From contig CDROCS010002749.1 of NCBI GenBank assembly GCA_977020255.1, positions 1 to 64,000 on the forward strand: a stretch of DNA of 64,000 nt. The letters run 5' to 3'. This DNA comes from Obrimoposthia wandeli. Lineage: Eukaryota. The position numbers were made by a program, and so were the translations under genes. Of this stretch, positions 29,418 through 41,006 are shown one piece after another; within the stretch, counting starts at the first letter, position 1, and every line of letters begins with the position of its first letter. The notes beneath the pieces are model-generated. The model was given only the letters and a program-made list of their open reading frames with translations, ran no database searches and was not told the origin of the DNA.

Positions 29418-30767
29418 ATGCAACTAACAGAAAAAGCATTACTAACTAACGCTTTACTTATTTCAATTTCTACCCCAGAGCTTAAAGGTGATGAGGCAAT
29501 TGAATCATTAGCTGAACTTGCCCGTTTAGTGACGACACTTGGGTTTAAAGTGGTTGGCTCCCAATCGCAAAAGCTGAGTTCAACTAAAAGAGTTAATGTG
29601 CTAGGTTTAGGAAAGCTTGCAGAGATTGCGCAGCTTACCGGTAACCAGGGGGTGCTAGAAGGTTCAGAAGAGTATGAAGACCTCACTAACGTAGATATTA
29701 CCGGAATACCTTCAACTATACCGTCTGATAATCTTTCGTTTGGCTGTGCTGATGTGGTTATATTTGATTGTGATTTAAGCCCATCTCAGCTACGCAATGT
29801 CGAGAATCAATTAGGCGTAGAGGTATTTGACCGTACTGGCGTTATTATTGAAATATTTAGTCGCCATGCCCGTACTAAAACAGCGAAGCTACAAGTTGAA
29901 ATAGCTCGCCTTAATTATGTAGCACCAAGGCTTCGTGAATCATCATGTGGTGATAAAGAACGCCAAATGGGTAAAGGGGCTGGTGAAACAACGCTAGAGC
30001 TAAACCGACGTAAAGTACGTGATCAATTAGCAGAACTTAGGCACGAATTAATTAGTGTTCAAGGTGAGATGAAAGGGCGACGTACACAGCGCTCTGAGCT
30101 TTTTTGTGTCGCTTTGGTGGGATATACCAATGCGGGCAAGTCATCAATGATGCGCGCGATTACCGGTAGTAATGTCGAAGGTGAAAACAAGCTTTTCGCG
30201 ACACTTGATACCACCGTTCGCGCGTTGTATCCCGAAACGCAACCGCGAGTGTTGGTCTCAGACACTGTCGGTTTTATTAAAAAATTACCGCACGATTTAG
30301 TTGCCTCATTTCATTCAACTTTAGCAGAAGCACACGATGCTTCATTGTTGTTATATGTGGTTGATGCCTCTGACCCTTCGTTTCGTGCACAATTAGATGT
30401 TGTGCACCAAGTATTAGGAGAAGTCGGGGTAGCGGATAGTAAAAAGTTATTGGTACTCAATAAATCAGACCTGCTTAGCACTGCGCAAAAACAAGCACTA
30501 ATGGAAGAGTTCCCAGATGCTATGCTGACATCTGCTAATGATCCTGATGATGTAAGTAAATTGCACCAATATATTGTTGGTGTTGCGCAGGACGAGATGA
30601 TTGAAGATGAAATCATTGTTCCTTATACAGCTAAAGGTATCATAGGTGAAATTCGTTCGAGTATGAGTGTTACTAAGGAAGAATATGAATACGATCATAT
30701 TAAGCTCACAGTGCGCTCAAACTCAATTAACTTAGCAAGGCTTAAAAAACGGATGCTGAATGTATAA
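29418..30767 (+). CDS. hflX: Ribosome-splitting GTPase HflX (stand-alone copy)
   Basis: DRTGVIIEIFSRHARTKTAKLQVEIARL, GAGETTLELNRR, ALVGYTNAGKSS, LFATLDTT, DTVGFI. Confidence 0.92.
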   Translation: MQLTEKALLTNALLISISTPELKGDEAIESLAELARLVTTLGFKVVGSQSQKLSSTKRVNVLGLGKLAEIAQLTGNQGVLEGSEEYEDLTNVDITGIPSTIPSDNLSFGCADVVIFDCDLSPSQLRNVENQLGVEVFDRTGVIIEIFSRHARTKTAKLQVEIARLNYVAPRLRESSCGDKERQMGKGAGETTLELNRRKVRDQLAELRHELISVQGEMKGRRTQRSELFCVALVGYTNAGKSSMMRAITGSNVEGENKLFATLDTTVRALYPETQPRVLVSDTVGFIKKLPHDLVASFHSTLAEAHDASLLLYVVDASDPSFRAQLDVVHQVLGEVGVADSKKLLVLNKSDLLSTAQKQALMEEFPDAMLTSANDPDDVSKLHQYIVGVAQDEMIEDEIIVPYTAKGIIGEIRSSMSVTKEEYEYDHIKLTVRSNSINLARLKKRMLNV

Positions 30768-31013
30768 TAGTAACAAAAGAAAGGCAGGAAGAAACCGCTG
30801 GTATTATTAGTGATCTTACCTCTGTGCCTCGCGGGCTGCAGTTTTAATAAACTGTAGCCCTTGAGTGTCACGCATTAAATTATTAGAAATAGCAGATGAA
30901 CACCCCCTATCTAATAATATAGTCAGGCTAACCCAAACCCGACTCCTGAAGTTTTCATCGTAAATCAACGAACCACGAGTTGATCACGCCAACAGTAAGA
31001 GCCTGAAGCAGCT

Positions 31014-32894
31014 TTAAACTTTAAACTGGTTCAACACTTCACTTTGTTTATTTGTAGAGCTAGTCATACTTCCACATAATTCAGATTGCTCTTGAGCATG
31101 TTGAGACACTGTTTGGCTAAGATTACGTATATTAGTGGTATTGCGGTTGATTTCTTCACTGGTACTACTTTGCTCTTGCGCTGAACTAGCTATGTGAATG
31201 GTGATGTCATTAATTTCAGAAATAGAGTTGCGGATGTTTGTCAATATATCTTCAGCTTTGGTTGCTTTATCATTGGTAGAACTAGCAAGGGTTCTACTTT
31301 GCTCAATTTTATTAACGGCTTCCTTAACGCCTTCTTGGAGTTGACCAATAATCAAGCTAGTTTCATTCGTGGATTGCTGAGTTCTACCTGCCAGTGCTCT
31401 TACTTCATCGGCCACAACGGCGAAGCCCCTGCCCATATCACCTGCTCTGGCAGCCTCTATAGCGGCATTTAAAGCGAGTAAGTTTGTTTGCTGGGCGATA
31501 CTTGTAATAGAAGTGAGGACTGATTCAATATCATCACTGTACTTTACTAATAAGTTAACTGTTGTAACCGTTTCATCCATGTCATCTACTAGTTGGGCTA
31601 TGGATTGGGAAGTTTCTTTGACAATGCTATTACCTTGCGAAGCCTCTGAGTCCGCCGATTGTGCCGCTGTCGCTGCCTTTTGGGCGTTTGATGCTACTTC
31701 TTTAGCAGAATATGACATCTCAGTCATTGCAGCGGCTAACATATCGAGTTCATTGAGTTGCTTTGTTAAATCAATGGCTGTTTTTGAGGCTGCTTCTGAG
31801 CTTTCAGAAGTCTTGTGGTTTATTTCTTCCGAAATAGACTTAACATCAATAATAATACTCTGTAAGTATTGAATAAACTGGTTGAAGTCAGTTGACACGT
31901 GGGCGAATTCATCTTTTGAAGAGATAACTAAGCGTTTTGTTAGGTCTCCTTCACCACTATTGATTTCAACTAGTGATTTTTGTAAATCATCTAGTGGCTT
32001 AAATAGTTTCCTAACGGTAAAAAACAGCGCTGTAGCGGTTAATAACACAATTAAAATAGTACCAACAATAGCAGCAAAACCAAAAGAGTTTGCTTCTTTC
32101 AGAACTTTGCTCTTATCCAGGATAACTCCGATATGCCAATCAACTCCCTTTAAGTTTTCAAGGGGTTGGAATGCACTAAATACTTTACTACCTGCAGCAA
32201 CACCCTCTTGTAAAATCGGTTTGATTTGCGGAGGGGAGCTTTCAAAAAGATCGCTGATTTGTTTTCCATTTAACTCGATATTCGGGTGGGATATGATTTT
32301 CCCTTTGGAATTGATTAAAAAGGCATACCCTGTATTGTTAAAATTAACTTGATTAATAGTATCTGCGATACTTTTAAGGCTTAAGTCTCCGCCAAAAGCA
32401 CCATTAAAAGTACTATTATCATTCAAATTAGCAACAGCAGATATTAAAATTTCTTTAGTTGAGGAATCTTCGTATGGTTCAGTTAATATAGCAACTTGGC
32501 TGTTTTTCGCTATATTATACCAAGGGCGCTTGCGAGCATCCCATCCTTCTGGCGCCCAGCTTGGATCATTTGTGATTGGTTTTCCATCTGCTTCTAAGCC
32601 TCCGAACATAAGGATGAAATTATCGTCTAATATGGGGTTGTTGAAGGCTTGTTGAATACTTTTTGCATTGAAATCTCCGTCGATAGTTTTTGCTACCATA
32701 TCGATTAATGCTAACTTTCCGTTTAACCAAGAAGTAATTTGCTCGGAAATAACCTTAGACGTCTCAGCCACATTTTTGGAAGCTCTGTCGTATAATGCAT
32801 CTTTTACTGTGTTGTATTGAAACCAAGAAAATAAAGAGAAGGTGATGATGACAATTACTGATGAGATCAGTACTACTTTATGGGATATCTTCAT
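31014..32894 (-). CDS. Methyl-accepting chemotaxis protein with dCache sensor (PctA-like)
   Basis: WDARKRPWY...[10 protein letters not shown] dCache motif, HAMP domain, [34 protein letters not shown]. Confidence 0.93.
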   Translation of the reverse strand: MKISHKVVLISSVIVIITFSLFSWFQYNTVKDALYDRASKNVAETSKVISEQITSWLNGKLALIDMVAKTIDGDFNAKSIQQAFNNPILDDNFILMFGGLEADGKPITNDPSWAPEGWDARKRPWYNIAKNSQVAILTEPYEDSSTKEILISAVANLNDNSTFNGAFGGDLSLKSIADTINQVNFNNTGYAFLINSKGKIISHPNIELNGKQISDLFESSPPQIKPILQEGVAAGSKVFSAFQPLENLKGVDWHIGVILDKSKVLKEANSFGFAAIVGTILIVLLTATALFFTVRKLFKPLDDLQKSLVEINSGEGDLTKRLVISSKDEFAHVSTDFNQFIQYLQSIIIDVKSISEEINHKTSESSEAASKTAIDLTKQLNELDMLAAAMTEMSYSAKEVASNAQKAATAAQSADSEASQGNSIVKETSQSIAQLVDDMDETVTTVNLLVKYSDDIESVLTSITSIAQQTNLLALNAAIEAARAGDMGRGFAVVADEVRALAGRTQQSTNETSLIIGQLQEGVKEAVNKIEQSRTLASSTNDKATKAEDILTNIRNSISEINDITIHIASSAQEQSSTSEEINRNTTNIRNLSQTVSQHAQEQSELCGSMTSSTNKQSEVLNQFKV

Positions 32895-34018
32895 TATAAT
32901 AGCCTTTGAATGTTATTTGGGTAGCTGTAAAGAGTGTAACAGCCTACTAGTAAAAGCATGCTCAGCTTCTGTATTTTATTAAAATAATGCAAATATTGTG
33001 TTGTGTATTAAATCATTTCTTTAAGTGAATAGCTTACCATCTTGAATATACAAAGCAATTATTGTTATTTTCATTGTCAAATGTCAACTAAGGCGATGTC
33101 TTCAACTACCTTTACTATCCATAATTGCGTGTTTACTGCAATTGATTCACACTAAGTAAATCCTTCATTTTGTTTGCTCTCTCCTTAAATGGCGCGATGC
33201 TTATCCTCTATAAAGACAAGCCGATTATACCAATTCTATTAAAAGACTGGTCACACTTGCCGCTTTTCAAGCTTTTCTTGATGATATAGCATATTTCCTT
33301 ATCCTTTCAGTATAAAAGCCTACTCTACTTAAGCAATGCCCTTGAACCCAAAAATACTTTCCCCAGAGCAGTTGCTTTTATAGATGCGGAATCTGCTTTG
33401 GCATTCTAATCATTGCTTTCTCTTTTATGACTTCCATCAAACTGGGTATTGACTGTTTAGATGATTTTATACGATAGTTAAGAGCGAGTTAGTTTAGAGC
33501 GAGGAGATGAAGCATCGCTTTATGCAGGCACAATCTGTAGCTGTCAGGAAACGCGCGTTAAACTGAGAGTCTAAGCATTCGTCACCCAGTACAAAGAAAA
33601 TGTTATTTAAAACCGCCTGTGAGCTTGTGAAAGTAAGCAAGGCTAAAATAGCGGTCATGCGCGGTGATAGTGAGCTTTCTTTCGTTACTTACCAGAAACA
33701 TCGTAATTTGAGAGTAACAAGGCTCATGGGGCTAGCGAATAATATGGCTCTACTTGGTTCGGTGATGATGGCCGCTAAGATTAGTAAAGGAATCGCATTT
33801 TTAACGCTTTCTTGAAGCATTACTGCTAAATAGATAAATTAAATAGAGAGAGGGTGCTTATGCAGAGCTCTTTTTAATTAAGTGAACACTCGAAAAATTA
33901 GGTTTCAAATATCCTTGATGATTTCGGTGCTAGGCATTCATCGTTAAGGTATCTTAATAATTATGATATTAATGAACTCAACAAAAGTATTCGAAGTTCT
34001 CGGGTAGTTATTTTATTA

Positions 34019-34151
34019 ATTTTTGTTGTTCTCTAACTCATTGATTTGACGTTAACCACAAGTATTATTTGACTAAAAAATCCAATTCCCAGTGCTAGAA
34101 AACCACAAATCAATGGGTTAGAGAGCTTGCACTTTTTAACCGAAAGCAATG
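34019..34151. mobile_element. Second, diverged copy of the 150-bp IS4-type MITE (left IR eroded)
   Basis: Colinear with 6428-6560 (ATTTTTGTTGTTCT...AACTCATTGATTT...AACCACAAATCAATG...GAGCTT...TTTTAACCG...AGCAATG). Confidence 0.8.
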
Positions 34152-34170
34152 TCCAACTAATTCAAAGCGG

Positions 34171-35655
34171 CTAAACTTTGAATTGGCTGGTTAAGGTTTG
34201 TAAATTATTAACATGATCGTCTAGCTGATTGGCTTTAACTTTTATTTGATTGATAAGGCCATTGCTTTCTTGTCCGCTACTGACAATACCATTGATATTA
34301 ACGTCTAATGAAGAGGTCACACTGCTTTGTTCTTGCACACTGGTGGAAATTTGCAATGAAGTATCATTGATATCGTCACTGGCTGAAATTATCTTTTTAA
34401 TGAACTCAACTGAATGCTGCATCATTTCAGTCGTTTCTTCTCCTTTTGTTTTACTGTTTTGTACCACTAATACAGCTGAGCTCGTTCCTTGTTGTAACTC
34501 AGAAATCATTTGGCTAATTTCTTCGGTGCTTTGCTGAGTTCGGCTAGCTAAAGCTCTTACTTCATCGGCAACTACCGCAAAACCGCGCCCTTGATCTCCG
34601 GCTCGAGCCGCTTCAATGGCGGCATTAAGCGCAAGCAAATTAGTTTGCTCAGCAATAGCTTTAATCACATCGATAACACTAGCCATTTGATCAACCGTGG
34701 TGGCGAGTAAACTTATCACTTGGCTGGCATTGTCTAGGTCAGTAGAAAGTTCATTCACTGATGACATCGATTTATTGACCACAAGACCGACTTCATTGGC
34801 TTGTTCTTTTGCTTCAAATGCTGACTTGGATGATTGCTGAGATGTTTGTGAAATATCTTTTGTACTGGCTGCCATTTCGGTGATCGCTGCTGCGAGCATG
34901 TCTATTTCAATATATTGTTTTTCAAATAATGCGTTAGCATCGCTGACATCTGATTTGACTGCACTTGAGGTATCACTTATAACCTGAGTTGTGGTGATTA
35001 TGGTATTAATCATAGCTTGAGTTTTATTAAAAAAATGATTAATTTGCCCAGCTAATTCACCCATTTCATCTTGGGTGCTTATTTCTAATCTTTTTGTTAA
35101 GTCGCCATCACCATGTGCAATATCTGTAACAGCAAGAATAACTTTTTTTAACGGATTAGTGACAATGAGACGAGTAAGCATAAATAATATAAGCACGAGT
35201 AAAACGTCTACAAGTACCACCCCAATAATTATTTGTATTAATGCAGCATGAGTTTTAAGATTAATTGCTTGTTGATCTATGCTGATCACAATGTCACCAA
35301 CAGGACTTTCTTCCCCATATTCGCGATAAACAAGAGGGTGCTTCAACTCTAGTCCCTTTATTCCTTCATTATGTTGGGTATATTTGACTTCACCATCTAA
35401 TGTTTTTATTTCAATACCGTAAACATAGGGGGACTCTAATTCTGATGAGCCAATTTTGACTATTTGTTCAGATAAATCCATCCATATAGCCGCAGGCAAA
35501 TTCAGTTTTAACCTATCGGATGCTAAGGTAATACTTTTATTTGCCTCGACTAATAAAGATGACTTTACAACTTTATAGTCATAGCCCCCTTTAGCAATTA
35601 AAACGACACTGACCAAAATGGTCGACATTACGATTAATCTAAATTTAATACTCAA
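34171..35655 (-). CDS. Methyl-accepting chemotaxis protein with short periplasmic domain
   Basis: Two TM segments, HAMP domain, [38 protein letters not shown] start. Confidence 0.92.
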   Translation of the reverse strand: MSIKFRLIVMSTILVSVVLIAKGGYDYKVVKSSLLVEANKSITLASDRLKLNLPAAIWMDLSEQIVKIGSSELESPYVYGIEIKTLDGEVKYTQHNEGIKGLELKHPLVYREYGEESPVGDIVISIDQQAINLKTHAALIQIIIGVVLVDVLLVLILFMLTRLIVTNPLKKVILAVTDIAHGDGDLTKRLEISTQDEMGELAGQINHFFNKTQAMINTIITTTQVISDTSSAVKSDVSDANALFEKQYIEIDMLAAAITEMAASTKDISQTSQQSSKSAFEAKEQANEVGLVVNKSMSSVNELSTDLDNASQVISLLATTVDQMASVIDVIKAIAEQTNLLALNAAIEAARAGDQGRGFAVVADEVRALASRTQQSTEEISQMISELQQGTSSAVLVVQNSKTKGEETTEMMQHSVEFIKKIISASDDINDTSLQISTSVQEQSSVTSSLDVNINGIVSSGQESNGLINQIKVKANQLDDHVNNLQTLTSQFKV

Positions 35656-36622
35656 GTTAGAAAAAAGCTTGATAAGTTAATACTCCAAAGTTTAATTAAT
35701 GACAACGTTATAGGGGCAGCGATTACTTTACCTACAGCTTTTAATGGTTTAAGTACCAATACACCATTATTAGCAGATAGTTTCGTAACAGGCTTTATGT
35801 TTAGTCTATGTATTACTGGTTTTTCAATATCAATCTGGAAGTTCTCTACGTTATATGTCATTTGGTTTTGACGAATAAAAACGAGACCAATGATTGTGCT
35901 AGTAATATTTCATAAACCATGAATAGCAATATCATTCATATAGATTGAGCTAGTCTGTCTAACTAATACATTTGTGTATTCAATAAAAACATAACGCTTG
36001 GATGATCTAAATTTCAAACGATTTAATCCTCATATTCAACCTGAAACCATTTAAATAAAGGTAATAGCTCTCCTAAAATATATCTGAATTTAAGCGCTTT
36101 AATTGCTCTATCCCTTATCCTATATTTATATTTTATTATGACTTTTAACCTATATTATTTACAAAGTAGCGACTAAACTAACGACTAACAATCGATAATA
36201 AGTATTAGTCCTTTAGTGCTAATGTTTTCAGAATAGAAAATTTTATGGGGATTTACTCTATAAACCAATATCGACGGGCAAAACTGAATAGGTTTCGAAG
36301 AATGATGTTTCGCGAAAAATCAAGGTTATGTGTTTAATCAGTGAAACTCAGTAACGGCTATACTTGTGGATTATGTGAAATCAAAATGATGGTGTGAGGT
36401 TATGAGATAAATTAATTTTGTATAGCATTTTCTCGTTCCTGAAATATATCGAGATATTGGCAACTAAAGTCTTATGTACCTATCAAGCAATTTTTGATTC
36501 AACTCCATAACTGCAACACCTTACAAAGGACATGCTTATGATTGCTCGTGTGTTTTATGCAGACTGAAGATTATAGATCTTCAGTTGTCCTATTAGGTGC
36601 TTGTATGGATGGTATTTGTTAC

Positions 36623-37348
36623 TCATTTTAACGTTAAGGTTAACTTAGTTTTAATGATTTGAAATGAATAGAGTAAGTATAAATAATAAGTATTGTGTTC
36701 TCTAAACTCTGAAATATTACCATCTAACGAACCTTCAACAACACCAGAATCTGGATTGTTTAAACCATGAGCAATACGAGAGTAGACAATTGTCAGCAAA
36801 AAACCAATAATGAAAAAGCGATTAGGAATGAGGCATTTAATGATGGGTATTTTAATTTTGGCAGCGAATAAAGGTAGTATAATAAACCATAAAAAATTAG
36901 CAAAATCAATGGCTTGTTTGAAATAATGAACATTTTGCCTCTCGCCATCTGCTGATTCATTATGCCAATTTCTGGCAGAGCTATTTGTATGCTCACCAGT
37001 GAAAAATTCATACAAACTTATTCCATAATCAATTTCCTCCAAAAATAGGAATAGAAATAAAAGAGAGAGGGATAGGAAAAATAATTTCACACTAGCGCTT
37101 GTTCGCTTTACCGAAAAATAAAAAAACATTGCAAAAATAAATAGTAAATAGATATTTTGCAATTGCTCTAGGAGGCCGGCTTCTCTAGTTAAAAAGCCGT
37201 TATTAGGTGATATGATTTGTTGTAAACCATCGATACCAGAAAAATAAAATCCCATTAACAGTAAATTCAAAGCCACAGGGATAGCAATAAACAAATAAAT
37301 ATTTTTAACTCTAGTAATTTTATCTACTGTGTTCATTTTTTTACTCAA
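36623..37348 (-). CDS. Hypothetical polytopic membrane protein
   Basis: 241 aa, several hydrophobic segments, AT-rich; family not recognised. Confidence 0.7.
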   Translation of the reverse strand: MSKKMNTVDKITRVKNIYLFIAIPVALNLLLMGFYFSGIDGLQQIISPNNGFLTREAGLLEQLQNIYLLFIFAMFFYFSVKRTSASVKLFFLSLSLLFLFLFLEEIDYGISLYEFFTGEHTNSSARNWHNESADGERQNVHYFKQAIDFANFLWFIILPLFAAKIKIPIIKCLIPNRFFIIGFLLTIVYSRIAHGLNNPDSGVVEGSLDGNISEFREHNTYYLYLLYSFQIIKTKLTLTLK

Positions 37349-38515
37349 TTGGTCATTAATTAGAATAGAGGGTAGAGCAGTTACACTGCATATGTTTGTA
37401 TTAACTTTGATGGTTCTTGAATTAATTCGTAAACAAGCAACTCTTTATCGGTAGAACTTTGTGATATAAATGCTAATAGCTTTTTCAACTCAGGTTTCAT
37501 TACAGTGCAGCCTAGCTCTTAACGACAATGAAAAAATCGACCTAAAGTGTTAACGTTCCTATTTCTCTAATGAGCTAAGAGTAGCGCCTTGGCTTTCAAG
37601 ATCTAACTCTGGATTTTAAACACATCTAAGTGTTTGTATTGTGTTTAATAGAAAGCATCCGATTGTAAAATATCTGCATAAAAAACAGTAAAGATAATGA
37701 CTATGCATTAGCATCAAAATTATATGAAATAATCGTTGCCGATTCAAGAATGTATGTGTGCACACTGATAAGTTTTCAAAGATTAAGTAAAGTTATAATA
37801 TTATCGAATCGAAATCGTAATATTCTCTGAAAGTAGCTATGGGTTCTGCTAATTAAAAGGGGTATTTAGCAGTTTTAACAAGCGCAAGTATTTGCATGCT
37901 TCAGTAGCGTTTATTTGCGCTTAGCATATGTTAGTTTGTTTTAATCAATCAGTGGCTGGATATAAGACAGCTGTTCAGTAAGCGCTACACACTGACTGTG
38001 CTAATATGCATAACATCCTCTGCGAGCTAAAGCGATAGTATCCAATAACCAGGATATGTATGCTTGATCTGTTTTTTTATGTTCGTTCGAACGTGTTGCA
38101 GAGATTCCGTATTATTTAAAAATCTTAATGTAAAAGATTACCGCTTGCTAAGCAATCAATATAGCCGGCGCTTTAGGTAATAAGAAAATAGCCAAAGTAG
38201 TGCATTTAAGGAAAGAGTTAATGCCTGCTCGTTTGTTCATTGAAACTATGTTTCGATCAGAGCTTATCTCGAGCATTGAAGCATCTACTACACCAATACC
38301 AAGTGCATAAGTTAATGATAACCAGCTAGCTGGATTAATTATAATGTCAGGCTTAAGTGAAGTGGTGTTAGAGAGACACTATCAAATCAATTAATGATGG
38401 CATTAAATTCATCAAAAAAATCGCGAATTACTCATCTGTTTGCTTTTCTTATCTAGTGCTCGTAAACATAGGAGATGCAGATATAAAACGGGGTTATCTG
38501 GATGTTTTTCGCGTT

Positions 38516-39130
38516 CTAGCGGTCGGTAAATGCCAGCTTAGCGCCAAGTAATACGAAAGTTGCTGAAAAAAATTGCTGTACATACTTCATAGCTTTAGGT
38601 GAGTTCGTGATATATACGCTCAGCTTATTCGCAAGTAATCCATACAGCAGAAATACGAAAAAAGTCATAGCCATAAACACCAAGCCTAATACCAGCATGT
38701 TAATTATTGGAGTGGCCGCTTGAGGGGCTATAAATTGGGGGAGAAATGCTAGAAAAAATAGTGATAACTTTGGGTTTAGTATATTTATCATAAAGCCTTT
38801 AACAGCAATCTTCCACATACTTGATGAAGCTGATTTCTCTTCTAAAACCAATTTTCCTGATGCTTTGAACATCCCCCATGCCAAATACAATAAATAGATG
38901 ACGCCTACAAATTTAATACTTTGAAACGCAATAGCGCTAGTGTGAATTATCGCGGCCAAACCGAATATACAAGCGACCAAGGAGGGGATAATGCCAATGG
39001 TGCAGCCAAGAGCTGCAAAGATACTGGCACGCATGCCTTGTAAAAGGCCTGTTGAAAGGGTGTAGATTACACCTGTGCCTGGAATCAAAACAACCACTAA
39101 AGAGGTGATTAAAAACTGTGAACTGATCAT
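38516..39130 (-). CDS. LysE/RhtB family translocator
   Basis: LIPGTGVIYTLSTGL, GVIYLLYLAW, GFMINILNPKLSLFFLAFLPQF. Start at ATG 39130 behind GAAGG. Confidence 0.9.
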   Translation of the reverse strand: MISSQFLITSLVVVLIPGTGVIYTLSTGLLQGMRASIFAALGCTIGIIPSLVACIFGLAAIIHTSAIAFQSIKFVGVIYLLYLAWGMFKASGKLVLEEKSASSSMWKIAVKGFMINILNPKLSLFFLAFLPQFIAPQAATPIINMLVLGLVFMAMTFFVFLLYGLLANKLSVYITNSPKAMKYVQQFFSATFVLLGAKLAFTDR

Positions 39131-39202
39131 AATAATACCTTCATGCATTGAAAGGATATATCCAAGCCGTGCGTTTGGCTGGCGCAGTTACATATTAAAT
39201 AT

Positions 39203-39559
39203 TTACCATTCGCGCCAGGCTTGTGTGATATCTTCCCTGCATTTGTGTCCTGCATTTTCCACAACCAATTTAATAAGTGCACAGATATCTTCTCGTTGAT
39301 GAGTTTCGATCAACTGATGCTCGTGCTTTAAATTTAGCTGGTTAAGGTTTATCACTAAAGCCTCAACTTTTGCACAAACCCAGGAAAAGTCCGTACGTTG
39401 GCTGCTTTCATTGACTTCTTTAATAAAAGCAGAAGTTACTTGATCGAATTCTTCAACGTCTGATTTGAAATATGCAGGCTCATCATCACCTTCAATAAAA
39501 TCATACATCCAATGCAGTAGGTACTTTTTCTTTTCTTCAATTTGTAGAGTCATTTTCAT
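39203..39559 (-). CDS. Hypothetical 118-aa protein
   Basis: Clean ORF with natural composition and C-terminal IETHQREDIC...DITQAWREW. Confidence 0.7.
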   Translation of the reverse strand: MKMTLQIEEKKKYLLHWMYDFIEGDDEPAYFKSDVEEFDQVTSAFIKEVNESSQRTDFSWVCAKVEALVINLNQLNLKHEHQLIETHQREDICALIKLVVENAGHKCREDITQAWREW

Positions 39560-39934
39560 TATTCTCGGATGAGCTGCTTAATGTGTGCAGTGCACACTAG
39601 TAATTGCCAAAACAGGGCTTTGGTTAAGTGCTAAACACTTTCAGATCTCAGCATAACTAATTCAAAGTGCCTAATAACAGCGCTCAATAACACGTCGTTT
39701 AACAGTAGCTCAATACCTCATAAGCGGGCCTTGCTCAATTGTGTTAATTAGTTCGATCTAGTCTGTTCTAGTCAGTGCTAGATATACCGCACCTATGAGT
39801 GCGGTAATCTACTTCAAGTAGCTTAAAGGAATTAAGTAGTAATTAAAAGCATGGAGGGGTTAGCGCTATTGGAAACTCATGCAAGGTTAAAAAATAGCGA
39901 CTAACTCTGTGTTAATAAGCAAGCGGGAATGATC

Positions 39935-40186
39935 TTATTTGTCTGATAATGTGACGTTTAATTCCAAGATGTTTAACCCACCGTCATTATCTACTTCAAG
40001 CGTAATATCTTGCTCGGAAATTTTCACGTATTTAGAAACTACTTCCAGAATGTCTCGCTTTAGTTGCGGTAAGTAATCAGGAGTGTTTCTTCCTTTACGC
40101 TCATGGGCGACAATAATCTGTAAGCGCTCCTTTGCTAGCGAAGCAGTTTTCTTTTTATTACTTTTAAAATAATCAAAAATAGCCAT
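39935..40186 (-). CDS. minE: Cell division topological specificity factor
   Basis: ASLAKERLQIIVAHER...PDYLPQLKRDILEVVSKY...LELNVTL. Confidence 0.95.
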   Translation of the reverse strand: MAIFDYFKSNKKKTASLAKERLQIIVAHERKGRNTPDYLPQLKRDILEVVSKYVKISEQDITLEVDNDGGLNILELNVTLSDK

Positions 40187-40188
40187 TG

Positions 40189-40998
40189 TTAAGTTCCAAA
40201 TAAACGGTTGAACAAACCTTTTCTTTTTACATTCATAAACCTAAGTTCTACATCTTCCCCCAAAAGCCTATCTATGGCATCTGAGTACGCTTGGCCTGCA
40301 TCACTTTGTGTGTCATGAATTACAGGTGTACCTAAGTTTGATGCTTTTAATACCGCCGGTGATTCCGGAATAACACCTAGCAGTTTTAGTGCAAGAATAT
40401 CGTGAATGTCTTCGACGCTGAGCATCTCTCCTTCGTCAACTCTTGTTGGATTGTATCTTGTGATCAATAGATGTTCTTTAATTGGCTCTAGCCCTTCTTC
40501 GGCTCGTAAGGATTTGCTTTGCAAAATTCCTAGGATACGGTCTGAGTCGCGCACTGATGAAACTTCAGGGTTAGTGGTGACAATCGCTTCATCGGCGAAA
40601 TACAGTGCCATCATTGCACCGGCCTCAATGCCTGCTGGAGAGTCGCAGATGATGAATTCGAACTGTTCGCGAAGCTGTTCAATGACCTTGCCCACTCCTT
40701 CTTTGGTTAAGGCGTCTTTATCGCGTGTTTGCGATGCGGGTAATATATATAGTCCTTCAGTTTTTTTATCTTTGATCAAGGTTTGGCTGAGATTAGACTC
40801 GCCGTTAATTAAATTAACAAAATCGTAAACGACACGACGCTCACAACCCATGATTAAATCTAAGTTTCTAAGACCTATATCAAAATCTATAACGACTGTT
40901 TTGTGGCCCTTTAGTGCTAAGCCTGTAGCTATTGCCGCACTGGAGGTGGTTTTGCCCACACCTCCCTTTCCCGATGTGATAACGATTACTTTAGACAT
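40189..40998 (-). CDS. minD: Septum site-determining ATPase
   Basis: SGKGGVGKTT, DFDIGLRNLDLIMGCERRVVYD, C-terminal amphipathic KGLFNRLFG. Confidence 0.97.
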   Translation of the reverse strand: MSKVIVITSGKGGVGKTTSSAAIATGLALKGHKTVVIDFDIGLRNLDLIMGCERRVVYDFVNLINGESNLSQTLIKDKKTEGLYILPASQTRDKDALTKEGVGKVIEQLREQFEFIICDSPAGIEAGAMMALYFADEAIVTTNPEVSSVRDSDRILGILQSKSLRAEEGLEPIKEHLLITRYNPTRVDEGEMLSVEDIHDILALKLLGVIPESPAVLKASNLGTPVIHDTQSDAGQAYSDAIDRLLGEDVELRFMNVKRKGLFNRLFGT

Positions 40999-41006
40999 GT
41001 TTTTTC

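Noticed and set aside
37700-38440. Possible decayed gene between the membrane protein and the LysE translocator
   Set aside because: Only short, stop-riddled fragments with no motif I could identify; too weak to call.
39785-39806. Hairpin TACCGCAC-ctatga-GTGCGGTA downstream of minE
   Set aside because: No U-tract on either strand and no second copy in the window, so neither a terminator nor a REP call is supported.
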